Source: an uncultured Chloroflexia bacterium
GTDB lineage: Bacteria > Chloroflexota > Limnocylindria > Limnocylindrales > CSP1-4
DNA length: 64,000 nucleotides
Reading direction: 5' to 3'
NCBI GenBank assembly: GCA_963748625.1
Contig: CAVVJT010000004.1
Span: forward strand, 448,001 to 512,000
In this document: positions 9,493 to 22,020 of the stretch, piece by piece
Layout: each line of letters opens with the position of its first letter
How positions within the stretch are numbered: the first letter of the stretch is position 1
Notes under the pieces: generated by a model
The model's database searches: none
Seen by the model: only the letters and a program-made list of their open reading frames with translations
Told to the model about the DNA's origin: nothing
Made by a program: the position numbers and the translations under genes

Positions 9493-10590
9493 TCACGGCA
9501 GGAAGTCGTTCGTGAAGAGCGACGCGTAGTCAGGGGCCGCTGCGAGGGGCTGGCCGTCGGCACCGGTGAGGAGTCCCTGCTCGAACAGGAATGCCGAGTA
9601 GCCGGTCCACTGCTCGAGCGTCTGGGTGCCCACCCTGCCGTCCGCGTCGACCAGCAGGCCTTCACCCGCCATGAACACGGCCGACGCCGTGGGCAGGTCC
9701 GGGTTGGCCTCGAAGACCCCCGGGTTCTGGTCCACCAACATCTGCGCCGCTTCCTCCGGGCTTGCGGCGGCAAACTCGAAGCCCTTGACCGTCGCGCCGA
9801 CGAAGGCCTTCGCGGCCGCCGGGTTGGCGTCCAGCCACTGGGTGTCACACGCGAGGACGACCTGGTAGAAGTCCGGGAAGCCGTAGTCCGTGAATGTGAA
9901 GCTCCGCAGGGCGATCCCGCGCTGGGCAGCCTCGATGCCCTCCCAGGCGGCGAAGGTGATGACGAAATCGGCGCGCTTCGCGTACAGGGCCTCGTAGGCG
10001 GCGGTGTCGAGCGTCACGGTCTCGAACTCGCCCGTGCCGCCGTCGGCCTTGATGACCGCCTGCAGGGTGGGCACCTCGTTGGGGTAGCCGAAGCCGGCGT
10101 AGGTCGTGCCGTCGAGGTCCCTGGGCCGCCCGATCGCCGACTCGTCGAGGACGGCGATCTCCTGCGCCGTGTGCTGCAGGATGGCCATGACGCTCCGGAT
10201 CGGGGCGCCAGCGGCGACGGCGAAGGTCAGCGAGTCCTGGAAGCTGATGCCGCATTCGGCCTGGTGGGCGGCGAGGATCGCCTCGGGGGTGGTGCCGCCG
10301 TACGGGAGGACCTCGAGCTCGACGCCGGCGTCGGCGTACCAGCCCTTCGCCTGGGCGACGTAGAAGCCGGTGTGGTTGGTGTTCGGCGTCCAGTCGAGCG
10401 CGAGGCGGACCTTCGCAGGCTCGACGCGGTCGGGGATGTCGGTGGGAGCCGGGGTGGCCGGGGCGGCCGTCGGGGCGGTCGAAGCCGGCGGGGTGGTCGA
10501 AGCCGCCGAGCCCGATGAGCCAGAGCCACATCCGGCGAGCAGCAGAACGAGCAGGGCGGCGGCGAGGGGGCGGCGGGAGGAGGTGTCCAC
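9493..10590 (-). CDS. thiY: NMT1/THI5-family ABC substrate-binding lipoprotein (ThiY-like)
   Basis: Lipobox LLAGC and LALDWTPNTNHTGFYVA; GTG start at 10590; under a TPP riboswitch. Confidence 0.88.
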   Translation of the reverse strand: MDTSSRRPLAAALLVLLLAGCGSGSSGSAASTTPPASTAPTAAPATPAPTDIPDRVEPAKVRLALDWTPNTNHTGFYVAQAKGWYADAGVELEVLPYGGTTPEAILAAHQAECGISFQDSLTFAVAAGAPIRSVMAILQHTAQEIAVLDESAIGRPRDLDGTTYAGFGYPNEVPTLQAVIKADGGTGEFETVTLDTAAYEALYAKRADFVITFAAWEGIEAAQRGIALRSFTFTDYGFPDFYQVVLACDTQWLDANPAAAKAFVGATVKGFEFAAASPEEAAQMLVDQNPGVFEANPDLPTASAVFMAGEGLLVDADGRVGTQTLEQWTGYSAFLFEQGLLTGADGQPLAAAPDYASLFTNDFLP

Positions 10591-10663
10591 GTTCGCTTCG
10601 GTTCCTTGTCGCAGAGACGATGACGCCGCCCCCGGAGCCGGGGACGGCATCGAACCGAGCGGG

Positions 10664-10756
10664 CCTGCTTCCTACACCGGTACGAGCCGGATCAGGTTCC
10701 GCGGGTCTGTGGCTTTGGGCCACACTCTCAGCGCTCGAAGCGCTCCCCGGAGGCGG
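10664..10756 (-). promoter_or_regulatory. TPP riboswitch
   Basis: Minus strand reads GGGGAGCGC..GCTGAGAG..GACCCGCGGAACCTGATCCGGCTCGTACCGGTGTAGGAAG, the THI-box consensus; a downstream GC hairpin lies at about 10621-10650. Confidence 0.95.
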
Positions 10757-10809
10757 ATATGCGGTTGTCCGCGGAGTCTACACCCCGGCAGCGGCCTCGA
10801 CCCTCGCGG

Positions 10810-10918
10810 CCCCAGATGTGGGGCGTTTCCGGCGTTAGCCCTCAGTGCTGAGCCCCCAACTTGTCGATTCTGCAGGTGAGCCCTGTACCGAAACTGACGA
10901 AACGCCCCCACGCTGGGG
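10810..10918. repeat. 109-nt intergenic inverted-repeat element, copy A (REPIN/MITE-like)
   Basis: Ends CCCCAGATGTGGGGCGTTTC and GAAACGCCCCCACGCTGGGG; same length and termini as copies at 21713 and 30114. Confidence 0.7.
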
Positions 10919-10989
10919 CGGCCGCGACGCTCGACGCGCTCACCGCGCTCCCGGGAGCGTCGCGCGCAGCCCGTGGTGGCCCTGTCCGA

Positions 10990-11910
10990 TCAGGCCTCGG
11001 GCGCCCCCGACAGGGTCGCGCGGAGCCAGGCGACGACCCCCGCGAGCACCTCGTCCTTCTCGGGCTCGTGGTGGCACTCGTGGCGCAGGCCCTCATGGAC
11101 CTGGAGCGTGACGTTCTCCTTCCCCTCGAGGCGGGCGGACGCCGACGGCGGCACGAGGGGATCGGCGGACCCGTGGAGGACATACGTCGGGACCGGCATC
11201 GAGTCGATGGCAGCAATGGCCGCCTGGACCCGGTCCTGCTCGGCGAACGCGAGCGCCCCGAACTTGACGGTGGATGAGGCCGACGTCAGCGGATCGGCCA
11301 GGGAGGCGGCGTCGATGGCCGGGTCCCGCGACACCGCGCCCATCGGCACGCCGTTCGCCATCTTGAGGCCCGGCACGATCGAGGCCAGCACCGGGGCGAC
11401 CTTGTGCTTCCAGGGCGCCAGGTTGTCCTCGAGTCCGGGGGCGGAGAGCACGAGGGCGTCCGGCAGCGGCCGCTCCCGCCCCGACAGCACGTAGCCCGCG
11501 GCGACGAGCCCACCCATCGAGTGGGCGTAGAGCACCAGCGGCAGGCCCGGGTACAGCTCACGCAGCGCCGTCAGACGTGCCCCGAGGTCGTCATGAAGGG
11601 TCGGCCACTCGTCAACCCAGCCGCGTCGCCCGCCCGAGCCGCCGTTCCCCCGGTGGTCGTATGACCAGACCTCGAGGCCGGCCGCCGTGAGGGCATCGGC
11701 CACCGTCTGGTAGCGCCCCCCGTGCTCACCGAGACCGTGCACGACCTCGACGACGCCCCAGGGCTCGCCTGCCGCCTGCCAGCGCAGCGTCCGCAGCTGG
11801 GTGCCGTCCGCCATCTGTGCCGCCCCGATCGACGGCGAGGACGACGATGGCGAAGCGGACGATGGCGAAGCCGACGGTGACGAAGCCGACGGCGTGCTGA
11901 TCCCGGTCAT
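10990..11910 (-). CDS. Alpha/beta hydrolase (lysophospholipase / Hydrolase_4)
   Basis: VHGLGEHGGRY, DHRGNGGS, HSMGG nucleophile, LHGSADPLV, RHECHHE. Confidence 0.9.
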   Translation of the reverse strand: MTGISTPSASSPSASPSSASPSSSSPSIGAAQMADGTQLRTLRWQAAGEPWGVVEVVHGLGEHGGRYQTVADALTAAGLEVWSYDHRGNGGSGGRRGWVDEWPTLHDDLGARLTALRELYPGLPLVLYAHSMGGLVAAGYVLSGRERPLPDALVLSAPGLEDNLAPWKHKVAPVLASIVPGLKMANGVPMGAVSRDPAIDAASLADPLTSASSTVKFGALAFAEQDRVQAAIAAIDSMPVPTYVLHGSADPLVPPSASARLEGKENVTLQVHEGLRHECHHEPEKDEVLAGVVAWLRATLSGAPEA

Positions 11911-11984
11911 GCGTGGCTCCCTGATGGCGGACCCCCGCCCGTGAGCGTACCCCTGCGGGGTCTGCTCCGGTTACGATCGGGCGC

Positions 11985-12803
11985 ATGACCGCCATATGGA
12001 CCGAGATCGGCGACCGGGTGCTCGTCCGTCGCTACCCCTTCTACGACCAGAACATCGTCGTGGTGCTCGGGCGGGGCGAGGCGCTGGTCGTGGACACCCG
12101 CAGCACCCCCGCTCAGGCCCGCGAGATCCTCGACGATCTGCGTGACCTCGGCTCGCCCAAGGTCGGCGTTGTCGTCAACACCCACGGCCACTACGACCAC
12201 GCCTTCGGCAACAGCGTCTTCCGGCCCGCGGTGATCTGGGGCCACGAGCGGTGTGCCGTGATGCTCGAGGAGACAGGCGAGCGCCAGCGGACCCGGACCG
12301 CAGAGGCGGAGCCGCGGCTGGCCGCCGAGCTGGCCGAGGTGGAGATCGATCCGCCCGACCGGACCTTCAGCCTCGGCGCCACGCTCGAGGTCGGCGGACG
12401 GCGGGTGGAGCTGGCGCACCTGGGCCGGGGTCACACCGACAACGACATCGTGGTGGTCGTGCCCGATACGGCGGTGCTCTGCGCAGGCGACCTGCTCGAG
12501 AACGGCGCCGTCCCCTTCTTCGGCGACGGCTACCCGATGGACTGGCCCGAGACCGCCCAGCGTCTGCTTGCGATGACCGACGAGACGACTGTGGTGGTCC
12601 CCGGGCATGGCGCGCACTCGGACCGCACGTTCGCCGCGGCGCAGATGGTGGCGTTCCGCGAGCTTGCGGCGCTCGCCGCCAAGGTCCACGGGGGAGAGAT
12701 GGACATGGAGGCGGCGCTCGAGCGGGCGCCGTGGCCCACCGAGGCAGCTCGCGCGCCGCTCACGCGGGCGCTGGCCCAGCTGCGGGGCGAGCTGGACCGG
12801 TAG
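11985..12803 (+). CDS. Metallo-beta-lactamase-fold hydrolase
   Basis: NTHGHYDHAFGN, GHTDND, AGDL, VPGHG. Confidence 0.9.
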   Translation: MTAIWTEIGDRVLVRRYPFYDQNIVVVLGRGEALVVDTRSTPAQAREILDDLRDLGSPKVGVVVNTHGHYDHAFGNSVFRPAVIWGHERCAVMLEETGERQRTRTAEAEPRLAAELAEVEIDPPDRTFSLGATLEVGGRRVELAHLGRGHTDNDIVVVVPDTAVLCAGDLLENGAVPFFGDGYPMDWPETAQRLLAMTDETTVVVPGHGAHSDRTFAAAQMVAFRELAALAAKVHGGEMDMEAALERAPWPTEAARAPLTRALAQLRGELDR

Positions 12804-12936
12804 GCCCGGGCACTCTGGGGGGTGCACGGCCCACGGACAGAGCGTGCCGTCCGGCCCTTCACCCGCCCGCGCCCGGTCCGCAACCATCACCGGAACCGGC
12901 GATGCATGGGCCGGTCCACGTGAGGGGGACGCAGGC

Positions 12937-13923
12937 ATGAGCGACGCCGGGCCGGACCACGAGGCGATGCCAGACCAGATCGTGCCAGGCCAGGTGACGG
13001 CGGAGCAGGTGGCGATCGGAGACGCGCCCGACGACGGCCCTGTCGGCCTGTGGGCCACCCGAACGGCGCGCTACCAGCAGCCGGGCTACAGCGAGCCCCT
13101 GTTCCACCCCGCTCAACCTGTGGTGGCCGGGGCAGCACCGCAGCTGCAGGGCACCTGGCGGTCGGCGGGCCACCGGTCCTCGAACGTCCGGGCCATGGTC
13201 CTCATGGCGTGCCTCGCCGGCACGATGCTCATCAACGCCGCGTACTCGGCGATGTCCCTCGCGAGCCTCGGGATGCTGGATCCGGCGGCCGAGGAGATCT
13301 CGCTCGATGCCCTGGGCCTCCTCCTCGCCGCGGGGACGGTGTCCCTGGTTGGCGCGGTCGGCTACTACACCACGGCCGTCGCACTCATGGCCTGGCTCTC
13401 GCGGGTGGTTGACAACGTGCCGCCACTCACCGGGTGGACCCCGCGGCGGAGTCCCCGCGAGGCAATCGGCTGGTGGTTCGTCCCGCTTGCCTCCTACGTC
13501 GTGCCCTACCAGATCGTGCGCGACACGGTGGACTTCCTCGAGCGTCCGCAGCGGGTGTCACAGGGGCTCGTCAACGCCTGGTGGGCGTGCTTCCTGGTCA
13601 GCATCTTCGGAACGATCCTGGCCAACGCCATCACGGGCGCCTCGGTGACCGTGGGTGATTTCAGGACCGCGATCCTGTTCGAACTGGTGCCCGACGTCGC
13701 CCTGCTCGTGTCGGGCGTGCTGCTGTTCGCCATCGTGCGGCGCGTCGAGCGGGCCAGCGTGGGGCACGCGACCCAGGTCGCCATGCGGCCCGCGGAGGGC
13801 GATGCCAGCATGGCGCCCGTCGCGCCACCGGTGGACGAGCCGGCCCGCGAGCGGGTGATCGTGACCGCATCGGCCGACGGGCCCGCAGCTCCCCCGCCGC
13901 CTCCGGGGCAGCCTCCGTCCTGA
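12937..13923 (+). CDS. DUF4328-like membrane protein
   Basis: WLSRVVDNVP..AIGWWFVPLASYVVPYQIVRD..NAWWACF pattern; four TM segments; ATG 12937 after GAGGGGG. Confidence 0.7.
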   Translation: MSDAGPDHEAMPDQIVPGQVTAEQVAIGDAPDDGPVGLWATRTARYQQPGYSEPLFHPAQPVVAGAAPQLQGTWRSAGHRSSNVRAMVLMACLAGTMLINAAYSAMSLASLGMLDPAAEEISLDALGLLLAAGTVSLVGAVGYYTTAVALMAWLSRVVDNVPPLTGWTPRRSPREAIGWWFVPLASYVVPYQIVRDTVDFLERPQRVSQGLVNAWWACFLVSIFGTILANAITGASVTVGDFRTAILFELVPDVALLVSGVLLFAIVRRVERASVGHATQVAMRPAEGDASMAPVAPPVDEPARERVIVTASADGPAAPPPPPGQPPS

Positions 13924-13954
13924 CCGGGCGAACGCCTGCCCGACGGAGCGAGCG

Positions 13955-14959
13955 TCAGCCTGCGACCCGCACCACCCAGCGGCCGCGGGCCTGGCCGGCG
14001 TGGATTCCGTCCAAGGCGCCCTCAAGCGAGTCGAGGCCCACCTCGGTGATGCCGTCGGTGATGCCCCGCGGCAGCAGGTCGTCACCCAAGCGGGCCCAGA
14101 GCGCACGACGGGGTCCGATCGCCATGTTGGCCGAGTCCATCCCCAGCAGCGCACAGCCACGCAGGATGAAGGGGAAGACGGTGGTGGCAAGCTCGGCCCC
14201 CGACGCGTTCCCTGATGACGCCACCGCGGCACCGATCCGCAGGGTCCGCAGCACGTAGGGCAGCGTCGCCGCGCCCACGGTGTCCACAGCGCCCGCCCAG
14301 CGCTCGCGCTCCAGCGGCTTGCCTGGCCCGGTGACCTCCTCGCGGGCCAGGATTCCGACCGCCCCCAGGTCGCGAAGCCGGTCGGCCTCGTCGGCCTTGC
14401 CAGTGGCCGCCCAGACCTCGTGGCCGCGCGCCGCCAGGATGGCGATGGCATTCGAGCCCACCCCGCCCGACGCCCCGGTGACCAGGACCGGTCCGTCGCC
14501 CGCGCGCAGGCCGCGATCCTCGAGCGCCTGGACGCTCATGCCTGCGGTGAACCCGGCCGTGCCGATGGCCATCGCGTCACGCGCGGTGAGGCCCGCCGGC
14601 AGCGCGACCGCATACCCCGACGGGATGCGGGCGTACTCCGCGAACCCGCCGTGGCGCCCGACCCCGATGTCGTACCCGTTCGCCAATACCCTTGCGCCCA
14701 CCGGGAAGGCGTCGTCGTCCGACGCCGCGACGGTGCCGGCCAAGTCGATGCCGGGGACCAGCGGGTACGAGCGGGCCACCCTGCCGTCCTCGCGCGCCGC
14801 AAGGCCGTCCTTGAAGTTCACCCCCGACCACTCGACGTGGACGGTGACCTCGCCCGGCGGCAGGTCCGCGGGCCCTAGGTCACGGAGGCCCCGGGAGAAG
14901 GTGCCGCCATCGGGGCGGTCGACGACGTAGGCGCGGAAGGCGGCAGGCAGGTCGGACAT
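13955..14959 (-). CDS. acuI: MDR-family oxidoreductase, YhdH/AcuI (acrylyl-CoA reductase-like)
   Basis: SGVNFKDGLA, PGIDLAG, AMAIGTAGFTA, VTGASGGVGS, TVFPFILRG. Confidence 0.85.
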   Translation of the reverse strand: MSDLPAAFRAYVVDRPDGGTFSRGLRDLGPADLPPGEVTVHVEWSGVNFKDGLAAREDGRVARSYPLVPGIDLAGTVAASDDDAFPVGARVLANGYDIGVGRHGGFAEYARIPSGYAVALPAGLTARDAMAIGTAGFTAGMSVQALEDRGLRAGDGPVLVTGASGGVGSNAIAILAARGHEVWAATGKADEADRLRDLGAVGILAREEVTGPGKPLERERWAGAVDTVGAATLPYVLRTLRIGAAVASSGNASGAELATTVFPFILRGCALLGMDSANMAIGPRRALWARLGDDLLPRGITDGITEVGLDSLEGALDGIHAGQARGRWVVRVAG

Positions 14960-15015
14960 GCGCGGATGATGCATGGTCCAGGCAGACGCGTCACCCGCCG
15001 TCGCACGCCACGCGT

Positions 15016-15059
15016 TCACGGCAACCTCACAGGAACCTCTCAGGAAGCACGCGCACAAT
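15016..15059 (+). promoter_or_regulatory. Three 11-bp-period direct repeats (OmpR/PhoP-type box) plus -10 CACAAT
   Basis: TCACGGC-aacc-TCACAGG-aacc-TCTCAGG at 15016, 15027 and 15038, directly upstream of the response regulator. Confidence 0.6.
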
Positions 15060-15066
15060 CCCCAGC

Positions 15067-15804
15067 ATGGCCACAGCACCCGACCCGGGCACCGCGCCCA
15101 CGCCCGCGCGGATCCTCGTCGTGGACGACGAGCCCGCGATCACCGAGCTGCTCGCCACCGCCCTGCGCTACATGGGCTACGAGGTCACGGTGGCCGCATC
15201 CGGGATTGCGGCGCTCGAGGCTGCGGCGACCACGGCGCCCGCCCTCGTCGTCCTCGATGTGATGCTGCCCGACATCGATGGCTTCGAGGTCTGCCGCCGC
15301 CTTCGGGACCAGCGCGACTTCGTTCCCGTGATCTTCCTCTCGGCCCGCGATGCTGAGGATGACCGCGTCACCGGCTTCGTTCGCGGCGGGGACGACTACG
15401 TGACCAAGCCCTTCAGCCTCGAGGAGCTCACCCTGCGCATCCGCGCGCTCCTGCGGCGCACCGGTGCGGCGGCGGGTGGCGGCGAGGCCGACAGCGCGCG
15501 CCTGCGCTACCGCGACCTCGAGATGGACGAGGACCGCCACCAGGTGTGGAAGGCCGGCCGCGAGGTGGAGCTCTCCCCCACCGAGTTCCGCCTCCTGCGC
15601 TACTTGCTTCTCAACCCCGAACGGGTGCTGTCCAAGCAGCAAATTCTCGACCACGTCTGGCAGTACGACTTCAACGGCGAGGACAACGTCGTGGAGACGT
15701 ACGTGAGCTACCTGCGGCGCAAGCTCGATGACGCGGATCCACGCCTCATCCGCACGGTGCGCGGCTTCGGCTACGTGCTGCGGACCGATCCGTCGCGGCC
15801 ATGA
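15067..15804 (+). CDS. OmpR/PhoP-family response regulator
   Basis: LVVDDE, LDVMLP, DDYVTKPF, and winged-helix VETYVSYLRRK..TVRGFGY. Confidence 0.95.
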   Translation: MATAPDPGTAPTPARILVVDDEPAITELLATALRYMGYEVTVAASGIAALEAAATTAPALVVLDVMLPDIDGFEVCRRLRDQRDFVPVIFLSARDAEDDRVTGFVRGGDDYVTKPFSLEELTLRIRALLRRTGAAAGGGEADSARLRYRDLEMDEDRHQVWKAGREVELSPTEFRLLRYLLLNPERVLSKQQILDHVWQYDFNGEDNVVETYVSYLRRKLDDADPRLIRTVRGFGYVLRTDPSRP

Positions 15805-15828
15805 GCCCCAGCGCATGAGCGTCCCGCC

Positions 15829-17247
15829 GTGAGCCTCCGGGCGAGGCTGGTACTCGCGGTGGCCGTCATCGTCGGCGGCGCGCTCCTCGTGAGCGGCGTG
15901 CTCCTTGCGCACTTCACGCGCGCCGCCCTCGTGGACCGCATCGACCAGGAACTGGTCACCGTTGCCACCACCAGCAACCGCGTCCAGCGCCTCGGCGAGC
16001 TCACCTCCAGCGATTCCGATGCCGGCCGGCGGCTGGCCGTCCTGCGTCTCGACGAGCAGGGCAACGTGCTGACCGCGCTCGAGTCCGGGTTCGCGTCAGA
16101 CCCCGACCCCCTCCCGGTCCTGCCCGTGTACGAGGAAGGCATCCCGTCCGACGCGTACGGCCGGATCGAGACCCGCACATCCATCGATGGCACCACGGAG
16201 TACCGCGTCATCACCGCCGAGATGCGCGCCGGCGAGGGCCGGCGACGCGGCGTGGTTGCCATCGCCGCGCCGTTGTCCACCGTGGATGCCGCCCAGCGCG
16301 CCCTCGTGCGCACGATGGCGGTGGTGGGCGTGGTCGCCATGCTGATGACGATGGGCCTCGCCTGGCTCGTGATCCGGCGCGGTCTGCTGCCACTCGAGCG
16401 CATGACCCGGACGGCCGAGGAGATCAGCGCCGGCGACCTCTCGCATCGCGCGGGCATCCCCCGCGACGACACCGAGGTGGGGCGCCTGGGCGCCGCGTTC
16501 GACACCATGCTCGACACCGTCGAGGACGCCTTCGCCGAGCAGCACGCGGCCCTCGGTGCGAAGGCCCGATCGGAGGACCAGCTGCGGCGCTTCGTCGCGG
16601 ACGCCTCGCACGAGCTGCGCACGCCGCTGACCGCGGTCCGGGGCTATGCCGACCTCTACGCGGCGGGCGGCCTGGAGGACCCCGAGGCGCTCGCGCGGGC
16701 GATGGACCGGATCGGCACGGAGAGCCGGCGCATGGGCGGCCTCGTGGAGGACCTCCTGCTCCTCGCCCGGCTTGACCAAGGGCGGCCGGTGCGCCGGGAC
16801 CACGTGGACATCTCCCGGATCGCCGCCGACGCGGTCGCGGATGCGCAGGCCCTGGAGCCCGGGAGGCCGACGGTGGGCGCCATCGACCCCGGGATCCTCG
16901 TCGCCGGTGACGAGGACCGGCTCCGCCAGGTCGTGGGCAACCTGCTGGCCAACGTGCGCGTGCACACACCGGCCGGCAGCCCCGCGGAGGTGGTCCTGCA
17001 CCAGGACGGCGACTGGGCCGAGCTGCGGGTGATCGACCACGGGCCGGGCATCGACCCCGAACATGGCGCCCTCGTGTTCGACCGGTTCTTCCGCGCCGAC
17101 AAGGGCCGGAGCCGGGAGCACGGCGGCACGGGACTCGGCCTCTCCATCGTGGCCTCGCTCGTGCACGCCCATGGGGGCCAGGTGGGCCACGAGCCGACCC
17201 CCGGCGGGGGCGCGACCTTCGTCGTCCGCATCCCGCTGGCCTCATAG
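15829..17247 (+). CDS. HAMP-domain sensor histidine kinase (PhoR-like)
   Basis: Two TMs, HAMP, DASHELRTPL H-box, NLLANV, DHGPGI, GTGLGL. Confidence 0.95.
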   Translation: MSLRARLVLAVAVIVGGALLVSGVLLAHFTRAALVDRIDQELVTVATTSNRVQRLGELTSSDSDAGRRLAVLRLDEQGNVLTALESGFASDPDPLPVLPVYEEGIPSDAYGRIETRTSIDGTTEYRVITAEMRAGEGRRRGVVAIAAPLSTVDAAQRALVRTMAVVGVVAMLMTMGLAWLVIRRGLLPLERMTRTAEEISAGDLSHRAGIPRDDTEVGRLGAAFDTMLDTVEDAFAEQHAALGAKARSEDQLRRFVADASHELRTPLTAVRGYADLYAAGGLEDPEALARAMDRIGTESRRMGGLVEDLLLLARLDQGRPVRRDHVDISRIAADAVADAQALEPGRPTVGAIDPGILVAGDEDRLRQVVGNLLANVRVHTPAGSPAEVVLHQDGDWAELRVIDHGPGIDPEHGALVFDRFFRADKGRSREHGGTGLGLSIVASLVHAHGGQVGHEPTPGGGATFVVRIPLAS

Positions 17248-17266
17248 GCAGCCCTGGGCGCCCGGT

Positions 17267-17306
17267 TCACAGCCAGTTCCCAGCCGCCGCCCGGCGACAA
17301 CACAAT
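17267..17306 (+). promoter_or_regulatory. Second PhoP-type box TCACAGC-N4-TCCCAGC plus CACAAT
   Basis: Same repeat unit and the same -10 hexamer as 15016-15059. Confidence 0.55.
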
Positions 17307-17359
17307 CCCGACGCGGGAGAATGGCGACATCGACCTTCCAGCACCCGGGGATCGAAGCC

Positions 17360-17941
17360 GTGAAACTGCACCCGTCCCTCGTCATCCTCCCGCTCGTCGG
17401 ACTCCTCGTCGTTGCCGGAGCCGGCGCCGTCCTGGCGACGGCGGCCGACGCCCCCGCCGCAGCACCGGCCGCACCCGCGGCCGCCACGCCGACCCCCGAC
17501 CCCGCGGCATCGGCCAAACCCAGGCTCGAGCGCACGGACACCGTCCTCGAGGATGCGCTGACCGGCCTCGTCACGGACGGCACCATCACCGCCGACCAGA
17601 AGTCGAAGATCCTCGACGCTGTGACCGCGGAGCGGACCGCCCGCCACGAGCAGCGCCAGGCCGACCGCCAGGTCCTCAAGGACGCGCTGGCCGACGGTGA
17701 GATCACGCAGGCCGAGCTGGACAAGCTCTCCGTGGACCACTGGCTCCGCCAGGCAACCGACCTCATGGCCGACGGCAAGATCACCACCGACGAGCTGCGC
17801 GGCCTCGGCCGCGGCTTCAAAGGCGGCAATGGAATGGGCGGCATGCGCGGCCACGGGATGGGGGGCCACGGGATGTGGGGCAAGGGCCCGGCGGCCTCAC
17901 CCGCAGCGAGCCCGGCGGCGACCTCCGGCACGAGCGGCTGA
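17360..17941 (+). CDS. Secreted helical protein, probable target of the adjacent two-component system
   Basis: Signal peptide, Ala/Pro linker, three DGxIT repeats, Gly/Met/His-rich tail; start GTG 17360 or ATG 17321. Confidence 0.75.
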   Translation: MKLHPSLVILPLVGLLVVAGAGAVLATAADAPAAAPAAPAAATPTPDPAASAKPRLERTDTVLEDALTGLVTDGTITADQKSKILDAVTAERTARHEQRQADRQVLKDALADGEITQAELDKLSVDHWLRQATDLMADGKITTDELRGLGRGFKGGNGMGGMRGHGMGGHGMWGKGPAASPAASPAATSGTSG

Positions 17942-18050
17942 CCGGACCCGTCTCCCTGCGCCCGCCGGGGAACCCGAGAGTTGCATTTCGGTTCCGATCG
18001 GCGGGTCGGGGTTGACGGAACCGCGCCCCATCCCCCATTCTCCGCCACCA

Positions 18051-18137
18051 ATGACTCACACGACTGTCTCCTGGTTGATGCGCATGCGTGGGCGGCCCCG
18101 TCGTTCGGAGGACGGGCGCCGGGTCTCCGCGCGCTGA
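18051..18137 (+). CDS. Putative leaderless leader peptide MTHTTVSWLMRMRGRPRRSEDGRRVSAR
   Basis: TTGACG (18012) and CATTCT (18036) promoter-like hexamers, with the -10 ending 9 nt before the ATG; followed by a terminator, upstream of metY. Confidence 0.5.
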   Translation: MTHTTVSWLMRMRGRPRRSEDGRRVSAR

Positions 18138-20843
<2,706 letters not shown>

Positions 20844-20916
20844 CGGCGGGCATACTGGGGCCGACCGCGTCCCCGGCCGGGATGTCGTCTCCACGCCACA
20901 TCCGGACGAGGGCCCG

Positions 20917-21651
20917 ATGACCACCAACCGCACCGCCTCCCGCCGCGCCATCGCGGGCGCCCGTCGCGCCGTCCCTGCCCTTGCGCTGGCCGCGACCCTG
21001 GTCATCGCCGGCTGCGGCGGATCAGCCGGCACGCCCGCACCAACGCCTGTCCCGACGATCGCCGTCGTGGCCACCACGGCGCCGACGCCCGTGTCGACGG
21101 CCGCGCCCACGGCCGAGCCGACCATCGCCCCGACCGAGGCCCCCACCGAACCTGCCGAGTCGCCCGCCGAGCCCGCGATCACGACCGCACCCGCAGGCAC
21201 CTTCCTCTTCGGCTACCAGGACATGCTCGCCTATTACCAGGCGTCCGGGTACACGTGCCAGGAGCCCGGCCCGAGTGCGGTCGCCGCGGGCTACACCACG
21301 CACATCTGTGCCATCGAGAACGAGGGTGGGACGACCGACATGGTCGGCTTCCTGGTGGCCGACGACGGCACGCTGGGCGATGTGTTCGCAGGTTCCCTCA
21401 ACCCGGCGGGAGGTGAGATGCCCACCGCGATGGACATGATCGCGCCGCTCGCGTTCATCCTGGGCGCGACGTTGGGCGAGACCGAGGGGGCCGCCGCCGC
21501 GGAGTGGCTGGCCACCAACCTGGGCAAGGAGATGGCCCAGGCCGAGTTCAACGGGAACACCGTGTACACGTACACGGTCAACGATGACTCGGGCGTGGGT
21601 GCGTTCACGGAGGTGGCGACGCCTGAGTACCTCGCGGCGCCGGCGCCCTGA
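20917..21651 (+). CDS. Lipoprotein with Pro/Thr-rich linker
   Basis: Arg-rich N-terminus, lipobox IAGC, PT repeats, acidic C-terminal domain. Confidence 0.8.
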   Translation: MTTNRTASRRAIAGARRAVPALALAATLVIAGCGGSAGTPAPTPVPTIAVVATTAPTPVSTAAPTAEPTIAPTEAPTEPAESPAEPAITTAPAGTFLFGYQDMLAYYQASGYTCQEPGPSAVAAGYTTHICAIENEGGTTDMVGFLVADDGTLGDVFAGSLNPAGGEMPTAMDMIAPLAFILGATLGETEGAAAAEWLATNLGKEMAQAEFNGNTVYTYTVNDDSGVGAFTEVATPEYLAAPAP

Positions 21652-21712
21652 CGCTCCGGTCGGCGGCCCTCGTACTCCGGGTCCTCGCGGCCCCCTTGCC
21701 CACCGGATTCCG

Positions 21713-21821
21713 GCCCACGTGGGGGGCGAATCGCGCGGCCGCACGCACGAGCCGGGCGTGAAACCCCGGGTTTCGCACGCAGACCACGCTCAGCACGTCC
21801 CGATTTGGCCCCCAGCTGGGG
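21713..21821. repeat. 109-nt intergenic inverted-repeat element, copy C
   Basis: Ends GCCCACGTGGGGGGCGAATCG and CGATTTGGCCCCCAGCTGGGG; the interior has diverged from copies A and B. Confidence 0.6.
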
Positions 21822-21945
21822 CAGCACGCGGGAATGGGGCGGAACGTAGGGATGGGGCGCCGCGCGGGGATGGCGCAGCTGGGGCAATGGCCCGACCGCG
21901 CGATGGCCCGATCTCGCGGACTTGCGCTACACTCGCGCGTGCCGC

Positions 21946-22020
21946 TGGCGCGTGGCCTAATGGTATGGCACCTGACTCTGGATCAGGGGGTTCTAGGTTC
22001 AAATCCTAGCGCGCCAGCCA
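21946..22020 (+). tRNA. tRNA-Gln (anticodon CTG)
   Basis: Acceptor TGGCGCG/CGCGCCA, anticodon arm CCTGA-CTCTGGA-TCAGG, T arm CTAGG-TTCAAAT-CCTAG, G73, encoded CCA; TACACT -10 upstream. Confidence 0.97.
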
